Below are positions 35,601 through 45,169 of a stretch of 64,000 bases of DNA, piece after piece. The notes beneath the pieces are model-generated. The model was not told where the DNA came from, ran no database searches, and saw only the letters and a list, made by a program, of their open reading frames with translations. The position numbers and the translations under genes were made by a program. Each line of letters begins with the position of its first letter. Position 1 is the stretch's first letter. The stretch comes from a virus: IMG/VR virus record IMGVR_UViG_3300020166_000010, one strand, 5' to 3'.

Positions 35601-38579
35601 CGTGCTAATATCTGCATTAGTTGCAACAAGATTGGTTGAAACTCCGGCTTCTAAAGTATCTATTCTGCTTCCAAGAGCGAGGTCTGCTGTTGCTAGTGTT
35701 ATTTCAGCCGTACCTATAGCTGCGTTAGTTGCAACAAGCTCGGTTGAGACTTCAGCTTCTAAAGTATCTATTCTGCTTGCAAGAGCAACGTCTGCTGTCG
35801 CAAATGCTGTTTCAACTGTGCTTATATCGGCATTGGTTGCAACTAAATTGGTTGAAACTCCTGCTTCTAAAGTATCTATTCTACCTGCAAGGGCGAGGTC
35901 TGCTGTTGCTAGTGTTACTTCAGCTGTACCTATAGCTGCATTGGTTGCAACAAGCTCGGTTGAGACTTCAGCTTCTAAAGTATCTATTCTACCTGCAAGA
36001 GCAACGTCTGCTGTCGCAAATGCTGTTTCAACTGTACCTATGGTTGCGTTGGTTGCGACAAGATCGGTTGAGACTCCGGCTTCTAAAGTATCTATTCTAC
36101 CTGCAAGGGCGAGATCTGCCGTTGCGAATGTTGTTTCAGCCGTATTTATAGCTGCGTTGGTTGCAACAAGATCGGTTGAGACTTCAGCTTCTAAAGTATC
36201 TATTCTGCTTGCAAGAGCGGAATCTTCGTCCGCATACGCAGTTTCTACAGAACTTAAATTAGCTTCGTTTGCAGCACTTTCTGTTGAAATTTCAGCTGTC
36301 AAAGTTTCAATTCTCTGTAACATAGCGCTATCCTCGTCAACTAATGCTGTCATATCAGTTTCTATACTGGCAGTTACTAATAATTCATCAGAACTAAGCT
36401 GTGCAATTAAAGAACTTGCTTGGTTTACTACTGCAACGTCTGCATCCGCAAATGCGGTTTCAATTGAACCGATATCTGCCTGGGTTACGGCGCCATCAGC
36501 CGTAAAACTTGCAGCTAAATCATCTATTCTGGTTGCTAAAGCAGCATCTTCGGTCGCTCGTGTTGTTTCAGCCGTATTTATAGCTGCGTTGGTTGCAACA
36601 AAATCGGTTGAGACTTCAGCTTCTAAAGTATCTATTCTACCTGCAAGAGCGGAGTCTTCGTCTGCGTATGCAGTTTCTACAGAACTTAAATTAGCTTCTG
36701 TTGTAGCACTTTCTGTTGAAATTTTAGTTGTTAGAGTTTCAATTCTCTGTAACATGGCAGTGTCCTCATCAACCCGTGCTGTCATATCTGTTTCTATACT
36801 AGCGATTACTAATAATTCATCGGAACTAAGTTGTGCAATTAAAGAACTTGCTTGGTTTACTACAGCAATATCTGCATCCGCAAATGCCGTTTCAATCGAA
36901 CCTATGTCTGCTTGAGTTACCGCACCATCAGCCGTAAAACTTGCAGCTAAATCATCTATTCTGGTTGCTAAAGCAGCATCTTCTGTTGCAAGTGTAGTTT
37001 CAACTGTATTGATATTAGCATTAGATTCTGCGATATCTGTTGAAATTGTTGCAGTTAAATTATTTATTCTATTTGAAATAGCAGCATCTGCATTAGCCAG
37101 TACTGTTATATCTGATGAAATTCCTGCATTTGTTTGTACTAGTTCATTACTAATTTCCGCAGTTAGTGCTCTTGTTTCTGAAATAACAACGGCATCGGCA
37201 GACACTGTTGTTTGAAGTAATGATGTTATATTGGCAGATGCTATTGCGCTTTCGGATGAAATCTCAGCCAGTAGCGATTCTTCTAATTCGATTAGTGCAG
37301 CGTCTGTTGTTGCTATTGCAGTTATGCTTTCGTTTAAGCTTATATTTGTATTTGTTAATTCAGTAGATACTGCTGCATTTAATCCTTTCGCTTCTTGTAG
37401 TATCGCTTCGTCAGCATCTGCTAAAAACACAGAGATTGATTCTAATCCTGCTGATGTTTCAGAACTGGTAGTACTAAATGCTGCTTCAACTGAAGTTGAT
37501 AACTGTGCAAAGGCCTCACTTGAAGTAACTAATGCATTAACATCCTGTCGAATACTTGCTTCCGCACTCGTGATGTCATCACTTAACGTTGCAGAAACAC
37601 TGTCTATTTTTTGATCTAAAACAAAGTTACCATCTGATATTTCACCATTTAGGTAAGCTTGTAAACCATCTACTCTAGTCTCAATTGAACCCTTAACCTG
37701 AATAAATTCAGCAGATGTTGCATCTGTAATTGAATTAAGATACACATCAGTGTCTGAAATAAGATTGTTTATAGATTGGTTTGTATCACTAAGAGTAGAA
37801 GAAACTAAATCTGTGACCGCGTTAGCTTCTGTAATCTCCGAAGTTAATCTTTCTCTTATAGCATCTAACTCAGCTTCTACTTCTTCCTCTATATCTTTAA
37901 TTTTTGTATTTGTTGATGCTATATCATCTTCAACGGATGCTTTATTTTCGCTGATTTCATTTTCAATTGAACTAGTGTTATTATCTAATATTGTTTCTGC
38001 TTGAGATTGTATTATGTTCGTTAAACTAAGAGACGCTAACATAGCATCAATGATACTTGTAACTTCATCTTCTGATATCGCATCGGAATCAATTATAGAT
38101 CCATTTACACTTAATTTACCATCAACGATACTAATACTATTTTCTCCTAAATAAAGCGTACTATTACTTAAATAAATATCTCTAAATTTATTTGTAGCAG
38201 ATCCTAAATCGTATGCTACATCTACGTCTGGTATTAAACTACTAACAACAGTACCTCCTATAATATTAGATGAACCTCCTCCTCCAGTAGTTGGAATCCA
38301 TACATAATCTCCAACTTCAGCGCCTTTATCGATATACGTAACGTCGCTTGCTATTACTTTATGTAGTTTTAAAACTTTATCTACATCATTTATTAGATCT
38401 AATTCTCCATCAGATCCCGATCCCATTACCAAATAACCATTAAGTGTTTTCCCAATTAAACTTAAATTGGAATCCATTTCATCGTGCTTCAGTGCTCTTT
38501 TTAGAACCTTTCGATAGTTTGGTGTATATTTACCATTTTCGTCCTTGTTAAAATAGTCTCTAGAATTTCCTTGTTGCAT
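32673..38579 (-). CDS. 1968-aa tail fibre/spike-like protein
   Basis: Shared N-module, long coiled coil with 36-aa repeats, gpJ/DUF1983-like segment (NAQYTLEV..VAGMKLG..FKADSFKV..PFSIKNGQV), short collagen, C-terminal chaperone/peptidase-like domain (GDLVCSSDTPGYVMKQ). Confidence 0.85.
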   Translation of the reverse strand: MQQGNSRDYFNKDENGKYTPNYRKVLKRALKHDEMDSNLSLIGKTLNGYLVMGSGSDGELDLINDVDKVLKLHKVIASDVTYIDKGAEVGDYVWIPTTGGGGSSNIIGGTVVSSLIPDVDVAYDLGSATNKFRDIYLSNSTLYLGENSISIVDGKLSVNGSIIDSDAISEDEVTSIIDAMLASLSLTNIIQSQAETILDNNTSSIENEISENKASVEDDIASTNTKIKDIEEEVEAELDAIRERLTSEITEANAVTDLVSSTLSDTNQSINNLISDTDVYLNSITDATSAEFIQVKGSIETRVDGLQAYLNGEISDGNFVLDQKIDSVSATLSDDITSAEASIRQDVNALVTSSEAFAQLSTSVEAAFSTTSSETSAGLESISVFLADADEAILQEAKGLNAAVSTELTNTNISLNESITAIATTDAALIELEESLLAEISSESAIASANITSLLQTTVSADAVVISETRALTAEISNELVQTNAGISSDITVLANADAAISNRINNLTATISTDIAESNANINTVETTLATEDAALATRIDDLAASFTADGAVTQADIGSIETAFADADIAVVNQASSLIAQLSSDELLVIASIETDMTARVDEDTAMLQRIETLTTKISTESATTEANLSSVETAYADEDSALAGRIDTLEAEVSTDFVATNAAINTAETTRATEDAALATRIDDLAASFTADGAVTQADIGSIETAFADADVAVVNQASSLIAQLSSDELLVTASIETDMTALVDEDSAMLQRIETLTAEISTESAANEANLSSVETAYADEDSALASRIDTLEAEVSTDLVATNAAINTAETTFATADLALAGRIDTLEAGVSTDLVATNATIGTVETAFATADVALAGRIDTLEAEVSTELVATNAAIGTAEVTLATADLALAGRIDTLEAGVSTNLVATNADISTVETAFATADVALASRIDTLEAEVSTELVATNAAIGTAEITLATADLALGSRIDTLEAGVSTNLVATNADISTAEIAFATADLALAGRIDTIETSVSTNLVATNAAIGTAETTLTTADLALAGRIDTLEAGVSTNLVATNADISTVETTIATADAALGSRIDSIETSVSTDLVATNAAIGTAETAFANADSALGRRIDTIETSVSTDLVATNAAIDTVETALTTLNTAAVNRVDTLEAEYTINPTDGSITGVSTNSALKTTIDSAVATANQATVTSTTSLIAALDNKTAGVTTQQSADINALTGKVNAQYTLEVSSDSNGVPVVAGMKLGADETGSTIAFKADSFKVNSEDANGTLLTPFSIKNGQVAFNGEVSFTAGPAGPAGPTGSQGTTGTKGAQGTTGTKGAQGDVGLPGAQGSTGSAGVSARAVSLATPSQVFAYNTSGTTPLPTSTQIAATAFNTTGTVYYNFYKNDVSVQHSTTRTYTYTPQSSYSNMPETIEVEIREGSKTSAILARDQITIAGVKAGADGAPGTPGADGMTVILTNEAHTLPTQTDGTVDYFGSGTGVSVYEGLNKLTSDGVGTGVGKYKVTAVGTSITVGGSANFGGDRLFTDHSKMTDNTAKITYTITGRTLLNGKSFTFIKEQTFAKSLQGDTGPTGPRGFQGPEPDVSQFLTTTTTISGGKITTGRLVSGDFAMPVSAQSLASGTGAGLTEEEMTATDVTSSSTLWDTYSFAGMGINLDAGAINAKNFYIDPDGNAKFRGDMDIEGGATIAGGLASTIFDFELDPSDAPILDENGYRQLRFKPEVKFGDQRFDDFRTDFRTIAESYAGRYDDVTYDNDNGATISEAPSDKDSGFTPTFTASHTYIKRNDTQIEVGDLVKLDENNELVKASSAQDTAIVGILWQGLDFTIKDSPLDKFLPNGKDTSEKPHHYRDSLGNKIPVTDRDIKTIWRVASIGDSREGRLTGMKVCDQNGLVLVGDLVCSSDTPGYVMKQPTEWVIIGFEDGTPQYEERQTITSYTVGKCMEDCAFDAEGKAEGVYGYLYCG
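35130..37000. repeat. 108-bp (36-aa) tandem repeat with 432-bp higher-order duplication
   Basis: ATADLALAGRIDTLEAGVSTNLVATNADISTVETAF units; same anchor sequence at 36541 and 36973. Confidence 0.9.
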
Positions 38580-38668
38580 TTTAATACTTTATTTTTAAAT
38601 ATATCGTATTATATTTATCTCAATTATAATGTATAAAATACAAAAGGCCTATATTTTCATATAGACCT

Positions 38669-38908
38669 TTATTTATTTGCTTTTTGATTCTTTGATTTGA
38701 ATTTAGAAGAGGGGTTTGATTTAGAGTGTTTTGTCTTGCGACCTTTAACTCGTTTTCTCCACATTTTAAAACTAGATTCTTTCATGTTAGATCTCATTAT
38801 CTTTCTAACATCATTTTCTTTTATACCGAATTGAAATTCAATGGCCTCAAAGGGGGTTCGATCTTCCCATGCCATTTCTATAATTCTATCGATTTGTTCT
38901 TCAGTCAT
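38669..38908 (-). CDS. TIGR03643/DUF2805 family protein
   Basis: IDRIIEMAWEDRTPFEAIEFQFG...SSFKMWRKRV.GRKTKH. Confidence 0.9.
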   Translation of the reverse strand: MTEEQIDRIIEMAWEDRTPFEAIEFQFGIKENDVRKIMRSNMKESSFKMWRKRVKGRKTKHSKSNPSSKFKSKNQKANK

Positions 38909-39481
38909 TTATTTTAAATCTCTTTTAATATCTTTCTTGACGATCTCCAAGTACTTAGCTCGCTTTCCATCAGATACAAAAGGTACTGACCAAAATTGTT
39001 TTGTTTTAAACCATCTGTTTAGATTCCATCCAAATACAAATGTATATACTCCCATTACTAAACGAAGTTTCACTGAGTTTAAATAGAGAGTCAGTACGGG
39101 TAAGGAAGGTGCTCCGTGTGTAATATAAGTTCTAACTTTTTTATCACTTAAAAATGGCTGAGGATATGCGTATGCACCAATTAACGGTACAAACTTATAT
39201 GCAAACCCTGGTGTAAATACTTCATCAAAAAAGATTTCCATCCTCGGCGTTAATCTAAACCACCATACTGGAGATACAAAATAAATACGATCTGACCATG
39301 TAACCATATCTTGGTACCCTTTGATTAGATCTGCCCTTGATCTTGTAAAATCATCTGAATAGAGATCCGCTATCTTTGTTTCTTCTCCTTCGACATCTAA
39401 TTCTTTTACAATAGTCTTATAAATACCATTATAACAGAATGATTTCTGATCAGGGTGCGCTATCACTATTAAATTTTTCAT
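38909..39481 (-). CDS. flavodoxin-fold NAD(P)H-dependent oxidoreductase
   Basis: IAHPDQKSF, DLY, SPVWWF, FFDEVFTPGFAY. Confidence 0.9.
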   Translation of the reverse strand: MKNLIVIAHPDQKSFCYNGIYKTIVKELDVEGEETKIADLYSDDFTRSRADLIKGYQDMVTWSDRIYFVSPVWWFRLTPRMEIFFDEVFTPGFAYKFVPLIGAYAYPQPFLSDKKVRTYITHGAPSLPVLTLYLNSVKLRLVMGVYTFVFGWNLNRWFKTKQFWSVPFVSDGKRAKYLEIVKKDIKRDLK

Positions 39482-39483
39482 GC

Positions 39484-40548
39484 TTATTTATTGTTAAATT
39501 TATTAATTTTATCAGGTGTTAGTTCCTTTAAAAATTCAACGAATAATTTAATACAGGATTTAACATCTTTCTTATGGGCCATTTCCACAGTAGTGTGCAT
39601 ATATTTTAATGGAGTTGCTAAGATCGCAGTTGGTGTATTCTCCATAAAGAATGCTACCGTATCATTACCCATTGATCCAACTGTTAATTGAACCGGTATC
39701 TTTTTGTCCTTTGCAATTTCCCTTAACATCTTATTAATACCTCTGTGATTTTGCGAAGTATACTCTAGACATGGACCAGCTCCGCCTTTATTATCTCCAT
39801 CTTTTGCTTTGTCTATTTTTGGAGTATTAGTATTATGACAAACATCATGTACTAGCGCAAGATCTGCTTGTAAGTGTTTAGCAATCTTTTTGGCACCATG
39901 TAGGCCAACTTCTTCTTGGACTGAATTTACTACATATAAATCATAAGGTAATTCTATTCCTTTCTCTGTGATCTCTCTAAGAGCTTCAGCAATGATATAT
40001 CCACCAATCTTGTTATCTAATGATCTACCAACATAATAGTCTCCCATCTCGTGGAATTGATCGTCAAATGTAATTAAGTTTCCAACTTCAACGCCAGCTT
40101 TATTGACTGCTTTTTTATCTTTTAATCCAGTATCAACCCATAATTCATGTTGATCATATCCTGTTTCGACATATGATTTTCTAGTATGAATCGCAGGCCA
40201 TCCGAAAACTCCCTTAACTTTAGTTCCACTATGAGTATGTATCATGACAGTTTTACTTGGTGCAATCATATTATCAGATCCACCGTGTCTTTTAACTCTA
40301 ATATATCCATCTGCTTCGATGTTTGTAATAATCCAAGCAATCTCGTCACAGTGTGCTTCAATAACTACTTTAGTTGAGTTTTCTGTTTTAGATCTTTTAA
40401 TACCATAGCTTGTTCCATACGCATCAGTGTGTATTACATCAGTAAATTTCTCAATGTAATCTCTCCATATTGATTGACCTTCTTCCTCCTGTCCAACCGG
40501 AGCGTATGCATTTAAATAATTGTATAAAAATTTCTTATTTTCTTTCAT
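39484..40548 (-). CDS. M42 family metallo-aminopeptidase
   Basis: IEAHCDEI, RSLDNKIGG, SVQEEVGLHGA, PLKYMHT. Confidence 0.92.
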   Translation of the reverse strand: MKENKKFLYNYLNAYAPVGQEEEGQSIWRDYIEKFTDVIHTDAYGTSYGIKRSKTENSTKVVIEAHCDEIAWIITNIEADGYIRVKRHGGSDNMIAPSKTVMIHTHSGTKVKGVFGWPAIHTRKSYVETGYDQHELWVDTGLKDKKAVNKAGVEVGNLITFDDQFHEMGDYYVGRSLDNKIGGYIIAEALREITEKGIELPYDLYVVNSVQEEVGLHGAKKIAKHLQADLALVHDVCHNTNTPKIDKAKDGDNKGGAGPCLEYTSQNHRGINKMLREIAKDKKIPVQLTVGSMGNDTVAFFMENTPTAILATPLKYMHTTVEMAHKKDVKSCIKLFVEFLKELTPDKINKFNNK

Positions 40549-40549
40549 A

Positions 40550-40795
40550 TTAATCTTCTTTATTTCCTGTTAATTGATATGCTTCCCATAATTTATCTTG
40601 GGCTTCACTAATTAAATCTTTTATTTTTGTTTCTATTTTGGCAACCGGATGCTGCTGTAAATGATCATCTATCATTGACATAACTACATGTAACCTATCT
40701 AACATTTCATGATAATGAAATTTATCTAGCTCTACCTTTTTAGAAGTTTGTTTCTGTTGATTTGTTTTTTTCATGATACTCGGTAATTTTTGCAA
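40550..40795 (-). CDS. hypothetical protein
   Basis: DKFHYHEMLDR...QQHPV motif; start uncertain. Confidence 0.7.
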   Translation of the reverse strand: MQKLPSIMKKTNQQKQTSKKVELDKFHYHEMLDRLHVVMSMIDDHLQQHPVAKIETKIKDLISEAQDKLWEAYQLTGNKED

Positions 40796-41393
40796 CTGCT
40801 TCTTCTGCAGTATCTACAACTCTAAATAAATCAAAATCATCTTGGCTTATTGCGCCATGTTCCCATAAAGTATTTTGCATCCAATCAATTAATCCTTCCC
40901 AGTATTTTTTACCAACAAGAACTATTGGATATTTTACGTTATGGCCACATTGTGCAAGAGTAATGGCCTCAAATAACTCATCTAAAGTGCCGACGCCGCC
41001 TGGAAATATCACAAATGCCTGTGAGTATTTGAGGAACATTACCTTGCGAGTAAAGAAATATCTATTCTCTACTCCTAAATCTACATATTCATTCATGCTT
41101 GCTTCGAACGGTAATTCAATACCTACTCCGATAGATTTTCCACCAGCATTATGCGCTCCTTTGTTAGCAGCTTCCATAATTCCTGGTCCTCCTCCTGTAA
41201 TAACTCCGTAGCCAGCTTCAACCAATAATCTACCGATCTTTTCTGCTTCTTTATATATTGGATTTGTTGAAAGAGTTCTAGCACTTCCAAAAACAGAAAC
41301 ACAAGATCCTAATTCATTAAATGTATCGAATCCCTTTGTGAATTCTCCTTGTATTCTTAAAATCTGCCACGCGTCTTCAGCTTTATTTATCAT
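40740..41393 (-). CDS. LOG family (TIGR00730) nucleotide phosphoribohydrolase
   Basis: VSVFGSAR, TGGGPGIMEAANKGA, YFFTRK, PGGVGTLDELFE. Confidence 0.93.
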   Translation of the reverse strand: MINKAEDAWQILRIQGEFTKGFDTFNELGSCVSVFGSARTLSTNPIYKEAEKIGRLLVEAGYGVITGGGPGIMEAANKGAHNAGGKSIGVGIELPFEASMNEYVDLGVENRYFFTRKVMFLKYSQAFVIFPGGVGTLDELFEAITLAQCGHNVKYPIVLVGKKYWEGLIDWMQNTLWEHGAISQDDFDLFRVVDTAEEAVAKITEYHEKNKSTETNF

Positions 41394-42144
41394 CTGGGTA
41401 TTTTTCTTTAAATAGTTTTAATCTTCTTTGGAATTCTTTAAAATAATATTTAATGTCATCTACTGTTAACTTAAATATTTGTGGAATTGAATCTTCTTCA
41501 TTTGCAATCCAAATTTCAACACCATCTGGTTTTTGACCACTTCTTTCCCAGTATGCAATAAAGTATGAAGAACCTTGTACAAAATAATCTTGCACCCATT
41601 CTTCACGTTTTGGTCTTCTTGAATTTTTATAATCAATTACTAATACACTACCATCTGTCATCTCTGAAATATTATCGACAGTACCTGCATATCCTTGTTT
41701 AGACCATAAGAAATTCTCAGCAGCGATAACCTTTTTAACTCTATCAAAAAATTGACTTGAATTAAAATAGAATTTCATGAACATCTCCCATCCACTTGCT
41801 AACCATATTGCTCCATTTTCTTCAGTAGCATATTGATTAACTTCCTCATCAGTTGAGGCTTGTCTTCTAAGCTCTTCTAATCTTTCTTTCTTAGTACCAT
41901 CAGTTGCTTTATACAACTCCACCAGGCGGTGCATGATAGTACCTCGATTCATTGAAAGTTCGCTTATTCTTTTTGCTTCAGCTTCTCCAACTCTCTTTCT
42001 CCACTTTTCTAAACCTGCAGTTTTATCGCTAGTTTCTCCAAGTACCGTTGTGATTGATGGATATGTTCCTATAATAGTTCCATCTTCCGACGTCACCTGA
42101 TAGTGTCTAAGGCCGTGCTTCTCAACACGTACAATAGATTCCAT
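41383..42144 (-). CDS. PD-(D/E)xK exonuclease (phage Cas4/MGME1-like)
   Basis: YPSITTVL, RGTIMH, YAGTVD, VIDYKNS, DYFVQ. Confidence 0.85.
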   Translation of the reverse strand: MESIVRVEKHGLRHYQVTSEDGTIIGTYPSITTVLGETSDKTAGLEKWRKRVGEAEAKRISELSMNRGTIMHRLVELYKATDGTKKERLEELRRQASTDEEVNQYATEENGAIWLASGWEMFMKFYFNSSQFFDRVKKVIAAENFLWSKQGYAGTVDNISEMTDGSVLVIDYKNSRRPKREEWVQDYFVQGSSYFIAYWERSGQKPDGVEIWIANEEDSIPQIFKLTVDDIKYYFKEFQRRLKLFKEKYPDDK

Positions 42145-42566
42145 TAAATAAATAAGTTAACAAGTTGGACGATACCATAGACGGCCGCGCCAACCAAACC
42201 TAAGAATAAAAGGTTTCTGATGAAAGAATACATGTTAAAGTCGTCATTTTCCGGATATAAAACTACTAAGTACGATTCTGCACTTAATTTACTTATTTCG
42301 GGAAAAGCATCATTTGATAAACCATACTTAATTAAGATCTTATTAATAGGTCCTAATTGCTGGAATACGTAAGACTGTTGTACAACCTCAGGTTGATTGA
42401 GAAATTCTTCTTTTAAATTTATAACTGTATAAATTCTACCGATCCAATCTACTCGAAGGTTTTCTTTTTCTAATTCTGCTTTAATTGACTTTACAGCTCT
42501 ATAATATTTTATTGTGAACAACGCTTCAATAAAGAAGTTTGGCCAGTACATTAGTATTTTCTTCAT
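42144..42566 (-). CDS. hypothetical protein with C-terminal TM
   Basis: LRVDWIGRIYTVINL; class II promoter 42572-42598. Confidence 0.8.
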   Translation of the reverse strand: MKKILMYWPNFFIEALFTIKYYRAVKSIKAELEKENLRVDWIGRIYTVINLKEEFLNQPEVVQQSYVFQQLGPINKILIKYGLSNDAFPEISKLSAESYLVVLYPENDDFNMYSFIRNLLFLGLVGAAVYGIVQLVNLFI

Positions 42567-42598
42567 ATTAATTATATACTGATTTTACGTTTTGTTTA

Positions 42599-43504
42599 TT
42601 ATGCAAATAACTTGCTTAGGAAAGATTTAACTTTACTTGATTTAATCTCACTTGAGTTTATAATCGCTCGACCTTCCTGTGATTCCCAATCTCGATCTTC
42701 TCTAACAGAATCGTTTGTTTTTAATGTACCTCTCAATACGTGAACTGGCACTCCAGATTCTGCTGCAATATAACATATTGCATTTAGATCTTTTGGAAAA
42801 CAATGTCCTCCGAATCCTCTATCACCGTCAGGCCCTGGAACCATCCAATGCGAGTTTCCTAATCTTGGATCTAATATTGCAAGATCTTTAGCAGCATTAT
42901 AATTAATATCATTCTCCTCGCAAATATCATAGATTTCATTTGCAAAACTAACTTTAACTGAAAGGAATGTGTTGGTAATATATTTACACATTTCGGCCTC
43001 TTTAGAATTAACAACCGGGATTAATGCGTTTGGAAATACTTTTCTAAATATAGCAACAACGTCTGTCGCTGGATAACTATCACAAGTTCCTATAATAATT
43101 CTATTTTGATTTTTAAAATCATTAACAGCGTTCGCTTCAGTTAAGAATTCAGGATTGAATATAACTTCACTATATGAAACAATACCATTAAGATATTCAG
43201 TAGTACCTGGCGGGACTGTTGATTTAATAATTAAAGTTGGATTAGAACCTACATCGGCAGCTAATTCATCAATTTCAAGTATTACTTCTTCTACAATTGA
43301 AATCGAAGCTTCACCTGTTCTAGCATCCATCGGAGTTGGAACACACACAAAAATAATATCTGCGTTTTTTACAACACCTTCTAGATCAGTGTTTGACTTA
43401 CTATCATTATATTTGTCATATAAAAATAATTCATAATGTTCTTTAAAACCTTGTTTGATTGCTCCTCCGACAAAACCTTGCCCAATAATACCTATTTTCT
43501 TCAT
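42599..43504 (-). CDS. UDP-glucose/GDP-mannose dehydrogenase family (short form)
   Basis: GIIGQGFVG, FVCVPTP, KSTVPPGT, FNPEFL, GFGGHCFPKD; class II promoter 43528-43554. Confidence 0.9.
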   Translation of the reverse strand: MKKIGIIGQGFVGGAIKQGFKEHYELFLYDKYNDSKSNTDLEGVVKNADIIFVCVPTPMDARTGEASISIVEEVILEIDELAADVGSNPTLIIKSTVPPGTTEYLNGIVSYSEVIFNPEFLTEANAVNDFKNQNRIIIGTCDSYPATDVVAIFRKVFPNALIPVVNSKEAEMCKYITNTFLSVKVSFANEIYDICEENDINYNAAKDLAILDPRLGNSHWMVPGPDGDRGFGGHCFPKDLNAICYIAAESGVPVHVLRGTLKTNDSVREDRDWESQEGRAIINSSEIKSSKVKSFLSKLFA

Positions 43505-43572
43505 AATATTGTTTTAATTTATATATGTTATATTAAAAAAAATAAAATAGTTTCATGAAAAACTATGTGTAA

Positions 43573-44214
43573 TTACCAGTCTTTGGTATGTTCTTGTCCG
43601 TCTACCCATGAAAACATTCGAGTGTCTTCGACATCATGTAATACCACAGTCTTACTGTTAATTTCCCAGTTATAAAAGTATTCATATCCGAAACACGCAA
43701 TATCTGGTTCAATTATTGAAATGATTTTGTCTGAAAATGTTTTACATCCGTGTGCCCATGTCAGGCTTTTATAAACAGATAATATTTCCATAACGGTTCT
43801 AGATCCGGGTGCAGATCCATACACAGTACAATCAAATAAAGTATTATTAGATTGAGTTGGTTTTAACCCAGTTAAAAAAGTATGTGTTGGTAGCAATTTG
43901 TCTCTAACTACATTAAAAGATCTAATAGGTTTTGCATCAACATCACAGTAAATTCCACCGTAATCTCTTAACAATAGCATTCTAATTCTGTCAGCGATAA
44001 ATGCCCACTTGTATATTTCTGGATTCTTTACGTAGTTTTGTAAAAAAGGATCGTCTTTATATACTTCTGTAAATACCTCGTTTCCCCAAAGATGATGTTC
44101 CCAGTCTGGGTGCATGTCTTTCATTTCACGAACAAATTGTTTACAATGTTCTGGCATTTCTCCTCCACCTAACCAGATCTGGTGGATTATCTTTGGTATT
44201 TTAATTTCGTCCAT
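43573..44214 (-). CDS. GT32-like DxD glycosyltransferase
   Basis: IPKIIHQIW, ADRIR, YGGIYCDVD. Confidence 0.9.
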   Translation of the reverse strand: MDEIKIPKIIHQIWLGGGEMPEHCKQFVREMKDMHPDWEHHLWGNEVFTEVYKDDPFLQNYVKNPEIYKWAFIADRIRMLLLRDYGGIYCDVDAKPIRSFNVVRDKLLPTHTFLTGLKPTQSNNTLFDCTVYGSAPGSRTVMEILSVYKSLTWAHGCKTFSDKIISIIEPDIACFGYEYFYNWEINSKTVVLHDVEDTRMFSWVDGQEHTKDW

Positions 44215-45079
44215 TCTTGTTTACTTTTCCTGTTGATTTTCGTATTGTTGTATTTGTTCTAACTGGTCTCGTGTTTGTTCTAACCGGCCTAACGTTATTT
44301 GGAATATTATTAATTGGTCTTGTGTTAGTTCTCATAGGTGGTTTTACATCAGATCTTCTGATAGGTGTTCTAATAGTTCTAACATTATTTGGAATTATTG
44401 TCCTTGTGTTTTTAACATCCTTCGGCAATACTCTAGTCCTATTAGGTCTAGTTCTAATAACTCCAGTTGGTGTATTAGTTCTTGTTGATCTTGATCTAGG
44501 TGAAAAGCTATTTCTTCTACTATTTATATTAGATCTTCTCCAGTGATATGGTACGTAATTGTTATTATTCCATCCATAATATCCGTAGTTGCCATAATAT
44601 CCATAATGAGCATTACCCGTCCAAGGTGACCAGTTGCTACCCCAATAGTCATATCGATATCTGGGATTCCACATCCAGTTATTGTTCCAGTGATTCATTC
44701 CTCCCCAATTTGAATTCCATCGAGAGCCAGATAAAAAACCATGCGATGGTCTACAGAAATAAGGTGAATAGCTAAAATCAGTCCAGTCGTTTAAATCATG
44801 AAAACCGTGATGTCTACAGTGAATCCAATTTCCACCAAACGATAATCCTAAGTCCCATGGATCTAGAGTTGCAAACGTCTGATGCGTTGTTTTAATGATA
44901 GTCGCTTGAACTTCAACAGGTTGTTGATACTTTGATTGAACCTGCATAGTTCCTATTCTAAAGTCTAGAGACTTACAACCCAGCATCAATAATGCTAGGA
45001 TTCCTATAGCAATTGTCTTTAATGCTATGCTTACTTTTTCTTCTGTGCTAAACCTATTTAAAAATGTTTTCATATACAT
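44201..45079 (-). CDS. lipoprotein with W/Y/N-rich and R/T/N-rich low-complexity tail
   Basis: LLMLGC lipobox; TGATATATA motif at 45080-45088. Confidence 0.75.
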   Translation of the reverse strand: MYMKTFLNRFSTEEKVSIALKTIAIGILALLMLGCKSLDFRIGTMQVQSKYQQPVEVQATIIKTTHQTFATLDPWDLGLSFGGNWIHCRHHGFHDLNDWTDFSYSPYFCRPSHGFLSGSRWNSNWGGMNHWNNNWMWNPRYRYDYWGSNWSPWTGNAHYGYYGNYGYYGWNNNNYVPYHWRRSNINSRRNSFSPRSRSTRTNTPTGVIRTRPNRTRVLPKDVKNTRTIIPNNVRTIRTPIRRSDVKPPMRTNTRPINNIPNNVRPVRTNTRPVRTNTTIRKSTGKVNKNGRN

Positions 45080-45118
45080 TATATATCATTATCAATATTT
45101 GTTTACATTTTTAAACAA

Positions 45119-45145
45119 CAAAAGACCAGGAATTCCTGGTCTTTT
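45119..45145. terminator. Rho-independent terminator (palindromic)
   Basis: AAAAGACCAGGAATTCCTGGTCTTTT. Confidence 0.85.
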
Positions 45146-45169
45146 ATATAGATTAAGCTAAGTTTAAAC

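Noticed and set aside
34783-38004. + strand ORFs including the 618-aa 35059-36915
   Set aside because: Antisense shadows of the repetitive fibre gene
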